Below, piece after piece: positions 63,751 to 64,000 of a DNA stretch of 64,000 nt. Below the pieces are notes generated by a model. It was given only the letters and a program-made list of their open reading frames with translations. It was not told where the DNA came from and did no database searches. The position numbers were made by a program, and so were the translations under genes. The stretch comes from Carcharhinus longimanus (Eukaryota). The DNA is taken from positions 13,001,993-13,065,992 of the forward strand of contig JASCQW010000081.1 of NCBI GenBank assembly GCA_030264375.1, in the 5' to 3' direction. The stretch's first letter is position 1. Every line of letters begins with the position of its first letter.

Positions 63751-64000
63751 AAAAAAAGTTAACACTAAACATTACCCAGAGCACCATGGAGTTTCTAACA
63801 GTTAAGGCACACTGATTACTTTAAACTGAAAACCAGTTCTTGAGTCATGGTCAGGAACAAAGTAACAGACTTTAGCTTGCACATAGTTTCCCCAAAGAAC
63901 TTTCAGCACCAAGCTGAGAAGCCAGTTTTAGTTATTTAGAATACTTAAGTAGTAAAAGCGTCTTTGATGACACAAACAACTTTATTATATTATGAAGATC

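Noticed and set aside
63901-63920. REST/NRSE-like ttcagcacca
   Set aside because: Only the left half-site; GGACAG is missing
1-64000. CRISPR arrays, operons, rRNA or prokaryotic defence systems
   Set aside because: Vertebrate repeat-rich DNA with no regularly spaced direct repeats or gene-dense coding regions

Overview
Eukaryotic, repeat-rich draft-assembly sequence (13 N-gaps), almost certainly a cartilaginous fish (shark). The basis is abundant tRNA-derived HE1/V-SINE-like and Deu-SINE (SacSINE1-like) copies, plus CR1, L2, Rex1/Babar and RTE LINE fragments, Penelope-like element (PLE) termini, MITEs and a probable solo LTR. Family names come from recall of consensus sequences, not from a database search. 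I could not recognise any intact protein-coding gene, rRNA, true tRNA or miRNA. The ORF track is mostly repeat translations and N-gaps. The middle of the window (~18.5-35.5 kb) is strikingly transposon-poor and CpG-rich. It holds conserved-element-like blocks, a good CTCF motif, G4 motifs and candidate spliced exons, and looks like the regulatory domain of an unidentified developmental gene. The most interesting directly visible signal is a set of minimal type-I hammerhead ribozyme motifs (CUGAUGA-stem II-GAAA-GC-UH) in PLE-derived elements. Two of these elements are tiny, palindromic and flanked by target-site duplications, and one shows compensatory stem II changes. A second signal is that one SINE head/core occurs with two different 3' tails, matching two different LINE clades in the same window. 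I found no clearly new biological system: these are mostly new instances of known phenomena.
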